NCBI RefSeq assembly: GCF_004010195.1
Contig: NC_057719.1
Span: forward strand, 27,587,458-27,651,457
DNA length: 64,000 nucleotides
DNA from: Chiloscyllium plagiosum
Taxonomy: Eukaryota
Direction of reading: 5' to 3'
Made by a program: the position numbers and the translations under genes. Below the pieces are notes generated by a model. That model had not been told where the DNA came from. It saw only the letters and a program-made list of their open reading frames with translations, and ran no database searches. Numbering within the stretch: position 1 is the first letter of the stretch; every line of letters starts with the position of its first letter. Below, in pieces: positions 13,401-27,479 of this stretch.

Positions 13401-15069
13401 CAGTGAATGACCTGGAACATTGCCCATGAGGATGCAACAAGATGAAGAATGATTTTTAAAAAGTAATTGGATGTGCATTTATAATAAACTTGCAGGGCCA
13501 AAGTGGTAAAGCAGGGGAATGTAACTGATAGACAGACAAACAGAGAGCTAGACAGGCCCAATGGCTTCCTTCTGTACCCCACTATGACTCAGTGATAACC
13601 TAAGGCAAAAGGGGCAGCATGCCTGTATGTCCAAACCTTCCTGCAGGAGATGATGTTGGCCGTTGTAAGAATACTTGCAGCTTATGCCACGGTGGCCAGC
13701 AGGGCAGAATCTATAGTAGATCAGTATCCTGGTTCGTAATCCCCTTCTCACGCTCCACTTCACCCTCGTCCTACATTTTCTTCTCACTTTCAAGTTGTGT
13801 ATGATGTAAGGTTGCACCATTTTATGTTCACCCTCTTCTCACCATTACCCCTGTGCATTTCGTTTTCAGCTACCCAAGAAGTGGAACGTGGCCAGGTAGT
13901 GGAGGAACGCCAAGACAGTAATGCTGGAGACACATCTACACTTGATACCAGTCTCACAGCTGCCAGCTCAGATACGGGCACTACATGTTTCTTAGAGAGT
14001 GGGCATGTATGTGCTGCAGCCTGGGAAAAGGTGTGTTCGAGAATTATGTTCTGTTGCCGAGCAGTTGGTGAACACTTCACTGGGCAAGGTACAGGAGAAG
14101 ACTGAGCAACAATATACTCAATGTGTTATGAAGCCTGCCAGAAATACAATGGTGTTCAGTGCCAAGGTGCATTGGGAAATCAGCACCAATTTGGCTCAAA
14201 GCTCTGGGCATAGTTTGGACCTCATCCTTTTTTAGGATAGGAGATGTGGCCAAACACATGAGCATAACACATTAACCAATGACTGATATCTTATCGTGTG
14301 GTTGCTTCTATTCTCTTCATACACTTTCTCACAGATATACACATTGAAGAAAAAAATGGAAAATGTAAGCCAAAGTGTGGTGTGGTGTCTTTAAGAATGA
14401 GACACAAGCCGCTCATACCAGAGGAAATACCTGCCAATCAAATGTCAATCACACACTTACAGTAAGAAGCCTATTAGCCTGCACCTATCACAAGCTACAG
14501 CTGAGAGTTCCCGTCCCATCCCAATGGAGACCAGCAGCCACTGGGATCTTCAGAGGGTCCTGAACTGCTGCCTGCAGAATACCCATGAAGACAGGACCAG
14601 TGAGGGCCAATTGGAGGGTGGCTTTCACTCCAACCCACTCACAAAAGGGAATTTTGCCAGTGATGAGATGAGGCCTTGGAGTGGTTGTTAATTGATGAGG
14701 TAAGGGCCTTCATTGGTAGTGGGTTGTAAAAGTCAGCATTCATGCCCAGGACCTGAGGCACCCAAATATTTTCCCATCCTGCCTACCAGACCACATTTAA
14801 AGACAGAAAAATCACACCACTCATTTTCTTCCTTCCCATCATCCTGGAAGGGCTAAGGCCTGTTGGAGTATTAACTGAAAAGAAAGGAAGTGCATAGTAC
14901 GAGGGAAAGGTGGCCAAGGCCCATTTGGAGAACAGGTGCAGACTCGATGGGCTGAATGGCTTTCTTTTGCATTGCAATGGATTATGTGAAAACTACTCAA
15001 AGTGAAAAGAACCACTGCTATATAGTAGCATCTCACTTTTGACAGGGTCTTCCCTGGTAGCACTATTGA

Positions 15070-15640
15070 TTTGATTTAATTTATTACTGTCATGTGTTTG
15101 AGGTAGAGTGAAAAAGTGTTGTCTTACACGCGGTTATTGACAGATTGTACTAAAGAAGTGCATCAGGGAACAGAACTGAGTACAGGATACAAAGCTACAG
15201 CCACCGAGAAGATGGAGAGAGAGATCAACATTAACATAAAAGAGGTCCATGCAAAAGTCCAATAACAGCAGGGAAGAAGCTGTTCTTGAATCTGTTCATG
15301 TGTGTATACAAACTTTTATATCTCCTGCGCTGAAGGTGGAAGATTATAACTGGCATGGGAGAGATCTTTGATTACATTGACTACTTTCTCGATGCAGCAG
15401 GAAATATAGATGGAGTCAATGGTTGGGAGGCTGGTTTGTGTGATGGACTGGGCTGTAGTTTCTTTTGGTTTTGGGAAGAGCAGTTGCCATACCACTCAGT
15501 GATGCATCCAAGTAGAGTGCTTTCTATGATGAATCTATACAAATTTGTAAGAGTCTTTATGAACATGTCAAATTTCCTTAACCTCCTGAGGAAGTAGAGA
15601 TGTTGTTGTGCTTTCTTGACCATAGTGTCAACATGGTTGA
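15070..15640 (-). mobile_element. Rex1/Babar-like LINE 3' fragment
   Basis: ORF 15381-15623 KKAQQHLYFLRRLRKF...YRFIIESTLLGCITEWYGNCS. Confidence 0.8.
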
Positions 15641-16555
15641 AATGGTGAGCTCCGTGTTCATGACAATATACAGGTTCAGGATCATAATCTATGACAACGA
15701 TTATGAAGGCTCAAAAGATGTTTTGCCATCAAATCTATTTTCATGTCATTAGATAGCTGATAAAGTCACAAGGAAATAGTGTAAAATTTTTAAAGACGTC
15801 TGTTGTGCAAATGTCAAACTAATGACAAATTTATATTAATCCCTGCTGGACGTTTTGCTTGTGCTCTTGTCTGGGTTTCTGAAGGTTGAGAGTTCAAGAC
15901 TCACTGTTGGGCATAGACATATAAACTAGTTGGACCCTCCTGTGTAGTACTCAACCTCGATCTTATTGAATGAGAAATAAACCATGACCCTGTTTGCCAA
16001 TTCATAAGGGTGTTAAAGATCTCACAGCACATTACAAGCAGCAGGTGGCCAGGCTAATATTTATCCCTCAGTGAACACAAAAACAGGCTAAGTGGTGATT
16101 CATCTGATTTGGCTGTCGGCTATATTGTTGAACTTCGCTACATGAAGGTTAACTATCTTTTTTGCACTTTTTTTTAAAGCAAAATAATATTTAATCAATT
16201 ATTCAAGTACATCAATTTTTTTTTGCTTTTTCATGGAGCTGTGAATTTTATGCAACATGGAAGAATAAGGAAAAATATTTCTTATATTGATTAACATAGA
16301 TAATGGTCTTACTATTAAACGTTTAATAACATTGACAGCAGGCCCATATTTTTGCTATGCTGGAAACCTGATATTTTAGCAATACAATATTTTTGGAAGC
16401 CTCGAAGGTATCAGTGAATGTTCTTTGTTTTTCTTTCAAAAGTCAATAAAGTAATGTCTGATCAACTAGTTCTCCACATTTCATTCAGTCTTTGCCTGCA
16501 GGAGAGTTAGAGAAAGGACAAGAGACTTAAGCTACGTAATTATTTTATTGCTATA

Positions 16556-19500
16556 TCTAGAACATAGGACAGCACAGCCCTACAGGCCCTTCAGCCCTCG
16601 ATGTTGTGCTGGCCTTTTATCCTACTCTAAGATCAGACAAACCTCCCTTCATTGTATTAATTTCCATGTGCCTATCCAAAAGTCACTTAAATGTCCCTAA
16701 TGTCCCTGGCAGTACATTCCACGGACCCACCACTCTGAGTAAAGAACCTACCTCTGATATCTCCCCAAATCTTCCTCCAATTAATTTAAAATTATGCCCC
16801 CTCATTTTCGCCAGGGGAAAAAAATCTCTATCCACTCTATCTAAGCCTCTCAACATCTTGTACATCTCTATCAAGTCACCTCTCATCCTTCTTCCTTCCA
16901 ATGAGAAAGTCCTAGCTCCCTCAACCTTTCTTCATAAGACATGCCCTCCAGTCCAGGCAGCATCCTTTGGATGCAAATCTCCTCTGTACCTTCTCTAAAG
17001 CTTCTACATCTTTCCTATAATGAGGTGACCAGAACCGAACATAATATTCCAAGTGTGATCTAACCAGGACTCTATAAACCTCAAAGCTCTTAAACTCGTT
17101 AATGAAAGCCAACACACCATATGACTTCTTAACATCCCTATCAACCTGGGTGGCAACTTTAAAGAATCTATGGACATAGATCCTAAGATCCCTCTGTTCC
17201 TCCACACTGCCAAGAATCCTACCTTTAACTCTATATTCTGCATTCAAATTTGACCTACCAGAGTGAATGACTTCACACTTTTCCAGGTTGAACTCCATCT
17301 GCCAGTTACCAGCCCAGTTCTACATCCTGTCAATGTCTCGTTGCAACCTACAACAGCCCTCCACACTATCCACAACTCCACTAACCTTTGTGTCAAGAGC
17401 AGACTTACTGACCCACCCTTTCACTTCCTCATCCAAGTCATTTATAAGAATCACAAAGAGCAGAGGTCCCAGAACCAATCCCTGTGGAACACCAAAGATC
17501 ACCGAGCTCCAGGCTGAAGACTTTCCATTGACCACCACCCTCTGTCTTCTATGGGCCAGCCAATTTTGAATCCAGACAGACAGGTTTCCCTGTATTCCAT
17601 GCCTCCTTACTTTCTGAAAGAGACTACAATAGGGAACCTTATCAAATACCCTGCTAACATCCACGTAAACCACATCCACTGCTTTACCTTCAAAGTGTTT
17701 TGTCACATTCTCAAAGAATTCAACAAGGTTTGTGAGGCATGACTTGCCTCTCAGAAATCCATGCTGACTATCTCTAATCAAACTATGCTTTTCCAAGTAA
17801 TCATAAACCCTGTCTCTCAGAATGCTCTTCAGTACTTTGTTCACAACTGATATAAGACTGACTGGTCTGTAATTCCCAGGATTATCCCTATTCCCTTTCT
17901 TGAACAAGGGAATAACATTTGCCACCCTCCAATCATCTGGTACCACTCCAGTGGACAGTGAGGATGCAAAGATCATCACCAAAGGCACAGCAATCTCTTC
18001 CCTTGCTTCCGGGAGTAACCTAAGGTTTATCCCGTTCGGCCCAGGGGATTTATCTATCCTTATGTCTTTCAAATGTTTCAGTACATCCTCCTTCCTAACA
18101 TCAATCTGTTCTAGCATATCGGTCTGTTTCACGGTGTCCTCAGAAAGTTCAAGGTCCTTCTCAGTAGTCAATACTGAAGCAAAGTATTCATAAAGGATCT
18201 CCATTAATTTCTCCAACTCCAGGCAGAAGTTCCCTCCACTATCTCTGATCAGTCCTATCCTCACTCTGGCCATCTTCTTGTTCCTCACGTAAGTGTAGAA
18301 TGCCTTAGGGTTTTCCTTAATCCTAGATGCTAAAGCTTTTTCATGTCCCCTTTCCAACTCTCCTAAATCCAATCTTCAGTTCCTTCCTGGCTACCTTGTA
18401 ACCCTCCAGAGTCCTAGCTGATCCTTGCCTCCCCAACCTTATGTAAGCTTCCTTCTTCCTCTGTAAAAACGCCATCCCATATTCCCAATTCCTTCGTCTC
18501 TACCGCATCTGCTCCCAGCAGGACCAGTTCCAATACCGTACAACCCAGATGGCCTCCTTCTTCAAAGACCGCAATTTCCCCTCCGACGTGATCAACGATG
18601 CTCTCCACCGCATCTCCTCCACTTCCCGCTCCTCTGCCCTTGAGCCCCACCCCTCCAATCGCCACCAGGACAGAACCCCACTGGTCCTCACCTACCATCC
18701 CATCAACTTCCATATACATCGTATCATCCGTCGTCATTTCCGCCAACTCCAAACGGACCCCACCACCAGGGATATATTTCACTTCCCTACCTATCAGTGT
18801 TCCGAAAAGACCACTCCCTCCGTGACTCCCTCGTCAGGTCCACACCCCCCACCAACACAACCTCCACTCCCGGCTCCTTCCCCTGCAACCGCAAGAAATG
18901 CAAAACTTGCGCCCACCCCTCCCCCCTTACTTCCCTCCAAGGCCCCAAGGGATCCTTTCATATCCACCACAAATTCACCTGCACCTCCACACACATCATT
19001 TACTGCATCCACTGCACCTGATGTGGCCTCCTCTATATTGGGGAGACAGGCCGCCTACTTGGGAACATTTCAGAGAACACCTCTGGGACACCCGGACCAA
19101 CCAACTCAACCACCCCCTGGCTCAACACTTCAGGTCCTTGGACTCCTCCATCACCAGACCATAGCAACACGACGGCTGGAGGAAGAGCGCCTCATCTTCC
19201 GCCTAGGAACCCTCCAACCACAAGGGATGAACTCAGATTTCTCCTGAGCTTCTTCATTTCCCCTCCCCCCACCTTGTCTCAGTCCCAACCCTCGAACTCA
19301 GCACCACCTTCCTAACCTGTAATCTTCTTCCTGACCTCTCCGCTCCCACCCCCACTCCGGCCTATCACCCTCACCTTAACCTCCTTCCACCTATCGCATT
19401 TCCAATGCCCCTCCCCCAAGTCCCTCCTGCCGAACTTTTATCTTAGCCTGCTTGGCACTCTCTCCTCATTCCTGAAGAAGGGCTCATGCCCGAAACATCG

Positions 19501-21870
19501 ATTCTCCTGCTCCTTGGATGCTGCCTGACCTGCTGCGCTTTTCCAGCAACACATTTTCAGCTCTGATCTCCAGCATCTGCAGTCCTCACTTTCTCCTCCT
19601 TCTTCCTCTTGACTAGATGTTCCACATCCCTTGTCACCCAAGGTTCTTTCAACCTACCAGCCCTTCCTTGCCTCAGTGGTACAAACCTATCCAGCACTAT
19701 CAGCAAGTGCTCCCTAAACAATCTCCACATTTCTGTCGTGCATTTCCCTGAGAACATCTGTTCCCAATTTAGATGCCCCAATTCTTGCCTAATAGCATTG
19801 TAATTCCCCCTCCACCAATTAAATACTTTCCCATTCCATCTGCTCCTAAACCTCTCCATGAGTACAGTAGAGGTCAGGGATGTGATCACTATCACCAAAA
19901 TGCTCTCCCACTGAGAGATCTGACACCTGACATGGTTCATTACCAGGCACCAAATCCAATATGGCCTCCCCTCTAGTCGCCCAAATATGTATTGCATCAG
20001 GAACCCTTCCTGGACACACCTGACAAAAACTGTTCCATCCAAACTATTTGCACTAAGGAGGTTCCAATCAATATTAGGGAAGTTAAATTCACCCATGACA
20101 ACAACCCTTTAACTTCTGTACATTTCCAAAATCTGTCTTCCAATCTCCTCCTCCGTGTCTCTATTTCTATTGGATCAGGGGTCTATAGAAAACTCCCAAT
20201 AAAGTGACTGCTCCTTTCCTGTCTCTGACGTCCACCCATACTGACTCTGTAGACAAACCTTCCTCAACGATCTCCTTTTCTGCAGCTGTGTTACTATCCC
20301 TGATCGGCAAGGCCACTCTTCTACCTCTTTTACCTTCCCCTGTATTCCTTTTGAAAAATATATACCCTGGAACATCCAACAACCATTCCAACTCCTCTAA
20401 TATCCAAGTCTATGTAACAGCCACAACATTATAGTCCCAAGTACTGATCTATGTTCTGAGTTCGTCACCCTTATTTCTGATACTTGTTGCATTAAAATAA
20501 ACAAACTTCAACCCATCACATTGACTGCACGTTTGCCCTATCAAGTGCCTATCCCTCCACACAGACTCTCTGCACACTGTATCTGGCTGTCCTTTACCGA
20601 CTCCATCATCTGAACCATAGCTCCGGTTCCCAACCCCTGCCAATCTAGTTTAAACCTTCCAAAAGAGCTCGAGCAAACCTCATGCTTAGGATATTGGTGC
20701 CCCTCCAGTTCAGGTGCAACCCGTCCTTCTTGTACAGGTCCCACCTTCCCCAGTAGGTATCCCAATGATCTACATATCTGAAGCCTTCCCACCCACACAA
20801 GCCCTGCAGCCTCGCATTCATCTGCACTCACTCTCTATTCCTAGCCTCTCTACCATGTGGCAGTGGTAATAATCCTGAGATTACTATTCTACTCATCTTG
20901 TCTTCGAGCTTCCAACCTAGCTAGAAAATTTGGTACTTCTTGCATTTCAATAAACACACCTCAACCCATTTTCTTTTCAGGTCCTCCTCCCTTTTCCCAC
21001 CTATGTCATTGGTGCCAATGTGTACCATGACTTCTGGCTGCTCTCCCTCCCACTTAAGAATCTAATAGACTCGATCAGAGACATCCTTGACCTTGGAATC
21101 CAGGAGGCAACATACCATCTGGGAGTGTCCCCCTCACCACTGAAACTCCTATCACTATTGCTCTCCTATTCTTCCCCCTCCCCTTCTGAGCCCCAGAGCC
21201 AGGTTCAATGCCAGAAACCTGGCCGCTGTGGCTTTCCCCTGGTAGGTTGACCCCCACAACAGGATCCAAAACTGTATACTTATTTATTGAGGGGAATGGC
21301 CACAGGGGATCCCTACACTGTCTGCCTATTCCCTTTGCCTCTTCTGCCTCAGCTACCTTTGTCCTGTATCTTAGGCGTGACTACCTCCCTATAACTCTTC
21401 TCCATCACCCCCTCCGCCTCCCAAATGATCTGAAGTTCATCCAGCTCCAGCTCCGGTTCCCTAATGTGGTCTGTGAGGAGCTGGAGTTAAGACCACTTCT
21501 TGCAGGTGAAGTCAGCAGTGGTGACCCCTACCTCCCACATCCTGTAAGAGGAGCATGCAACTGCCCTAGCCTCCATCTCCTCTGCTCTAAATTACCAAAA
21601 AAATTAAATAAATGAGAGAAAAATAAAGCCTTACTTACCAAGCCTCCACACACAGGTCTTTTACTTTGGTTACAGGAGGAGGTCAGGTGTGAGACACTAC
21701 ACATGTATTGCGTTGGGTTTAGCCACAACCCAAATATATCAGTTCACATGCCAAGCAATCCCCATATCCGCATCCACTCCTGTTAAGTTTTCGCTCTGCC
21801 TATTCTTGAGGTAAGTCTTTAACAAAAAAATCTACCTTCCCAGCAGCGCTCTGGTCCTTGCTCTCACCGC
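16556..21870 (-). mobile_element. Near full-length CR1 LINE (ORF1 with zinc-finger-like start and SGNH/GDSL esterase; ORF2 APE endonuclease and RT), inactivated and interrupted by a Penelope-like element
   Basis: The RT ORF is 17320-18372 (NYRPVSLISVV, QHGFLRGKSCLTNL, GVPQGLVLGPLLF). Endonuclease pieces lie at 19557-20520 (GEFNFPNIDW, GVFYRP, YFNATSIRNKGDEL). ORF1 esterase motifs include FRYVDHWD...DGLHLNWRGT at 20645-20827. Multiple stops and frameshifts are present. Confidence 0.9.
18463..19596 (+). mobile_element. 5'-truncated Penelope-like element (RT thumb, GIY-YIG endonuclease, 3' terminal repeat)
   Basis: Motifs CKNAIPYSQFLRL.RICS, PLVLTYHP, CKTC, FTCTSTHIIYCIHCT*CGLLYIGETGR and LIFRLGTLQPQGMN. 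A 13-bp TSD TCCTTCTTCCTCT is at 18450-18462 and 19597-19609. Confidence 0.9.
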
Positions 21871-23335
21871 TCCCAGTGCTGCTGCTTGCAAGTGGCAGAG
21901 TAAGTTCGAGGGACTGAATGGTCCACTCTTTTTCCTTACGTTTTTACATCCTCCATTCACGCTTGGTGAACTTTTGTTTGTCTATTTGTTTATTTATGCA
22001 AACAATTTTAAGAAAGTGTTTCAGAAGCTGAACAAAGAGACTAACAATTCAAAACCATTTCTGTTCAATGACCTATTGATGACCAAGGGCTCATTCCAAC
22101 TTAAACGGAATAAATCCTCCAAATTTCAGCATTTGAATAGAAGATGCCAGAATGAAGAATGAAATCATGGACACTGTAGATATGAACTAGCTCTCTGATT
22201 TCTAAATGTTATCTGCTGGATAGTTTTAAAATTGTTTAGTTACAGAGGCATGTTTCCCTCCCCCTTGCCCCAGTTCAGACAGCCACTTTCACTTTTAGAC
22301 TGCTTTACACGAAATGGAGTGTTTCTGTAGCATAGCAACTACCATCACCTGAGGAAAGGTGCCAGCCAATCTGTGCAGACTGGCTCCCAAAGCAACAGTT
22401 GGACAGAAATAACCAATCAGTTTTAATGATTTTAGTTGCAGGGTAAATGTTATCCAGAACACCAGGAGAACTCAGTGAATACTGCCACAGGATCTTACTA
22501 TGTAATCCTTAAGTGGCAGAGACTCTAAATGTCTCATTCAAAGGACAATACCTCCGGCAGTAGAACATTTTCTGTCCCTCAGCCAAGGCTGACAACATAA
22601 ATTTCCACGTAAAATGCACCAGGTTGGCATGTCTGATTCTGTTTACTCATTAGGTTTGCAGTCATTAGATGAATGCAGAGCATCTCTTTATAAGTTTTTT
22701 AACAATGCTACACAATAAATGGCACTCTGAATTTTCACCTTTGTGAAATAAGAACGGTGTGGGAGTGAAACTATCCATCACTCCGATAAAATAAACTTCA
22801 CAAATATCTCCATGCTCGCCCAGTTCCTCAACAGATTGCTGACATTTCCATTTTATATTAAACTGCTACTTACTCACCTGGCACTCAACACTGCAGCTAA
22901 TTGTTAAATACTAACCTGCCAGATTCCAAATTATATTCTAGACAGATGAGTGGGTGGAAATTTTAATTATATTGTGCATCTTGATAACAACTATGAAAAT
23001 GATTAATCAGTCATTAAGATACTACTTATATGATAACACCCACAATTTTTTATTGCTTAAAGATGTAATAGAGTTAGTTTGTGAACTCTTTTTGATGGTG
23101 TTCTTGTGCTTTTGAAGTATGTGGCTCAGACATAAACGCTGAGTGACATGGCAATACAACAATTATATGCACAAGTTGCATTTCAACCAGGAAGATACTG
23201 GAAAACATTCTTGCTAAACTGTAGGATCCAAGCTCAGTTTTCCTTCATCATTTCATGGGATGTGAACACTGCTGCCCATTTTTTTTTTATTCATTCATGG
23301 TGTGTAAGCATCACTGACTGGGCCAAAGCCTAATT

Positions 23336-23635
23336 AGAGTCATAGAGATGTACAGCACAGAAACAGATCCTTCAGTCCTACTTATCCATGCCAACCAGAT
23401 ATCCTAAATTAATCTAGTCCCAGTTGCCAGCACTTTGCCCATATCCCTCTGAACCCTTCCTAGTCATATACCCATCCAGAGGCCTTTTAAATGTTGTAAT
23501 TGTACAGGCTTCACAACTTCCTCTGGCTGCTCATTCCATACATGCACCACCCTCTGCATGAAAAAGTTGCTCCTTAGGTCCCTTTTAAAACTTTCCCCTC
23601 TTACCCTAAAACAATGCCCTCTAGCTCTGGACTCG
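23336..23635 (-). mobile_element. CR1 3' end fragment
   Basis: tagagtcatagagatgtacagcac... tail shared with the copies at 33637, 53531 and 60468. Confidence 0.8.
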
Positions 23636-23929
23636 AGAAAGTGATGCTAAGTGACCTCCTTAAATGACTGCAGTCCACGTGTTGTAGACACTCCTACAAT
23701 ACCATTAGGAAGGGAATTTCGGGAGTCTGACTCAGCAACAATGAAGGAATCGCCATGTAGTGTAAATACCAATCTTATTTATATTTCCTTTTTTTTTTAT
23801 TATGGTCAAAAATGGGAAAGGGTTACAGCACTTTTAAAAATAGTTACTGGAACTCACTAAGTTGTGTTTACATTGTTGCTTTGCAAGTGGGGCTGGGCAG
23901 AAAGGTAAGTTGGCACAGCACTGGAGTGT

Positions 23930-24420
23930 CATAGAATCATAGAGATCTACAGCACAGAAAGAGGCCCTTCAGTCCCTCACATCCATGCTGGTCAAAAACA
24001 ACCACCTAACCATTTTAAACCCATTTTCCACCACTTTTCAATAGCTTTATATGCCTTGGCACCACAAGTAAATACTTCTTAAATGTTGTGAGGGTTTCTG
24101 CCACCCTTACAGGGAGTGAATTCCAGATTCCCCCCACCCTCTGGGTGAAAAAGCTTTTTTTTAACCCCATTTCTCTCTAAACCTTCTGCTGCTTACCTGA
24201 AAACTACACCTCCCTGATCATTGATTCCTCCATTAAGGGGAAAAGCTTTTCTGTCTACCCTGTCTATGTCCCTCATAATCCTCATGTCCCCTCCCAATCT
24301 CTTCTGCTCCAATGAAAACAACCTCTTTGTCCAATCTTTCATTATAACTAAAACTCACCAACCCATGCAACATCCCGGTAAATCTCCTCTTCACCTCTCT
24401 GGTTTTATCGAATCCCTCCA
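23930..24420 (-). mobile_element. CR1 3' fragment
   Basis: ORF 24233 RRFTGMLHGLVSFSYNERL; CR1 tail. Confidence 0.7.
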
Positions 24421-24804
24421 GTTCCAGCATAACCTTTCTTGCTAGTGTGTGAGTGTGCATGGTGAGATTCACCCAGCAAAAGAGTGTTGACTGGTTTGTG
24501 CAATCATGATCAGTTGTGATTAGTAGAGGTTATCAGCCTAACAACAACTCTCTGACTGGTTCCTGGCCAGTCATGACAATACAGAGACAGAAGAGTTTCA
24601 GACTGAACAAAACTGGGATCTCTACCGCTCTGCTCTAAAAAAGAATCATACTCAATGTTCTCTCTTGCTCCAAGGCTCCTCACACAGTAACTGGCCTCAG
24701 TAGACTGATTACTACATTGACTTGAGGCCAACATATCCCGAATGAAATTTACAGGGAGCGCTGGCTATGCTGGACTCAAAATGTTAACTCTGTTTCTCTC
24801 TTCA

Positions 24805-25122
24805 CTAGTGCCTCACAGCACCAGGCACCTGCAATCAATTCCAGCTTCAGGCAACCGTCTGTGTGGAGTTTGCAGGTTCTTCCTGTGTCTGCTTGGGTTT
24901 CCTTTGGGAGCTCTAGTTTCCTCCCACAGTCACAAAGATATGCAGGTTAGTTGAATTGGCCATTCTTATTTGCCCATATAGTGTTCAGGGATATGTGGTT
25001 TAGGTGCATGAGACAAGGGTTAGGGTAAGGGAATGGATTTCAGTAGGTCACAGTTCAGAGGGTTGGCGTGGACTTGTTGAGCCAAATGGCCTGTTTCCAC
25101 ACTGGAGGGATTCTATGATTCT
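24805..25122 (+). mobile_element. HE1-like V-SINE
   Basis: gcctcacagcaccagg...tgtgtggagtttgca...cctgtttccacactg. Confidence 0.8.
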
Positions 25123-27479
25123 ACTTGCAAGGAACGACCATGCTGTATCAAGACAGTATTCCTATATAGTTTTTCTCAGAGATCTCTATTCCCTAAGCCC
25201 TAAAAAATCTAAAGCCTAGTAAACTGCATTAATAGCTCAGGGATGCTGTGGAGTTGCAATGCTTCCTAGAAGAACTGGGAGTTACAGTTTGATCAGTTGG
25301 AAAACAATCTGAGAAAGCAACACGATCCAAACAGTCATGCCCTAGCTGAGGGAGGGTTTATAGAAATGTGCCTTGCTGATCATAATTGTGCCAATAAACA
25401 CGTGGGGGCTAAAACTGTTGTCAGACAGAAGTCTGACTCACTCCAAGTGAATAAAGAATGTGGACCGGTGCAGTGAAGTAATGACAGAAATGCTGCAAAA
25501 TTTGTCAGTTGCACAAGACAAATTATTGTTGTATCACATATTTAAAAGCCACAATAATCTTTTCATTTGAAATATACTTTGCCTTCATTCATATATCATT
25601 TGTGTTTGTTCTGATTTGTATTAAAGTAAGGGATGCAAAAAGAGAAATCGCGTTCGTAATTCTTTTATTTGGGGCTCGATTAGTAAATTGGTTATTTTGG
25701 TTTACTTATACAGATTGTAACAATAAGAGACAATCCACCTCTTTTCCTGGTAAATGTTTTCAAAACATTGAACATAACGCAAGGGATGATATTATGGTGC
25801 ATTCTATTACTTGAAAAATGCATTGTTAACTATAAAGTACTTTGTGACATTCTGAGGTCTCTTTGCTACAGCAATACCTTGTGTTTTGTATTGCACTTTT
25901 AACAAGTAAAACTCACAGCCTAAGTGGGTCCTATAAAGTTGGTGTAAAAGGAGTGGGTTGGGAGGGGACAACCAGTAATTGCTGTGTGCCAATTATCATC
26001 CAATTTAAAGGCACTTACAGTCACATGAGTTTCCCCTTCTTATGGTTTATCCACACATTGGAATGTGGATGCAATGAACCTATCTACCAACCAAAGTATG
26101 TTAGACAAATATATGACCAGGCAAAAATTGCTCTCATTTTTTGACAAACAGCATGAAATTAAGGCTTGGGCGCTCTTCAATTGTATCTTTGTGCACTACG
26201 TATGTGGAATGTTGATGAACCATTTACAGAAGGCTAAAACGCAGCACTGCTGTGCCAGAAACAGTGGGAAGGTGCACCGATGTGAATTTGCTGCTGAGTC
26301 AAGCTTGTTTCTAACTGCGGGGGGAAAGGAAAGAATAGCAGATTTCAATCGCCCTGATGTCAGTGACAGAAGAATATGAAAACATCAAGGAGCATGTTTT
26401 ATATGTTTATTAAATGTGGCTTTCCAGATATATTTCCTCAGAGTGCTGTATTCTCTGCTGCTTCTCTCCCAATCTCCCTTAACAATAAGTTTGTAATACA
26501 CAGTGAGGTAATTTAGAAGAAATTCAGACAAGTGCAATATTCTAGTAAGCACTATTTGATTTATTCCAACAGTTCTTTCAGTGAAGCAGACACAGCTTCC
26601 CTGAAGTTATACCGGTGTGTAACAGCTGCAAAAGCATGTCAGAAAGAAGTTATCGGAAGAGGGTGGCAACTCAGCCACTATTAACCTTTGATCAGGCAGT
26701 GCTCATTTTACAGGATAGGATTGTTTTGCCACAACTGCATAGACTCCATGCAACTGGGCATCTTTAAAATTAAGTCATTCCTCAAAAATTCACCTGGGAA
26801 CTGCAGCAGTTCAATTCGACATGAGCAACTCACATACGTTAAAGTAAAATCATATTGTGTTTCGGATACTGGTTTATAGTTAACAGCTTCATTCACTGCA
26901 TGAAGGCTTCTCTCATTTCTTCTAATGATTGCAAACAAAGGTTTACTGTCGCATGTGTTTAATTGCATCTTGGGAAATATTTCCTGCATTAAATTATCTA
27001 AGGGAGACTTTAACTGTCAGTCTTTTTGCCTTCTGTGTGACCCAGAAGAGATTAAATCAGTCCAGAGTTGCTTTTTAGGCAATATTAAAGGATAAATTAC
27101 TGTATTTTGTCTGTACAACGACTGTCACTAGCTAATTAGTGAACAGTGAACAGCATATTTTTACTGATGTACTAATGTATTTGTTTTCTATCTGATTGTA
27201 ATTATGACAAACAATTGTATATGCATAATTAATAATTTACCAGGGATTGTTTAATGAATCCATCTTGCTTTGATTTCATAAAACTTTTCTCAAGTCTGCT
27301 CATAACATGTCAATTCTTTTTTCTTCTGGCTTTATAAAATCCATGGAAATGTAACCAAAATAATCTTTGAGCATTCCTCTCGTTCAAAGTGTGATAATTA
27401 TTATGAAGTGGATAATATTTTCTTTTTTCATGGGCTAGGGCAACATTTACTGTTAATCCCTAACGGCATGTGGGAAGAT

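Noticed and set aside
17320..18372. 350-aa RT ORF as a functional or domesticated gene
   Set aside because: The catalytic motif is degenerate (SALDTK in place of FADDTK), and ORF2 is broken by a Penelope insertion and frameshifts
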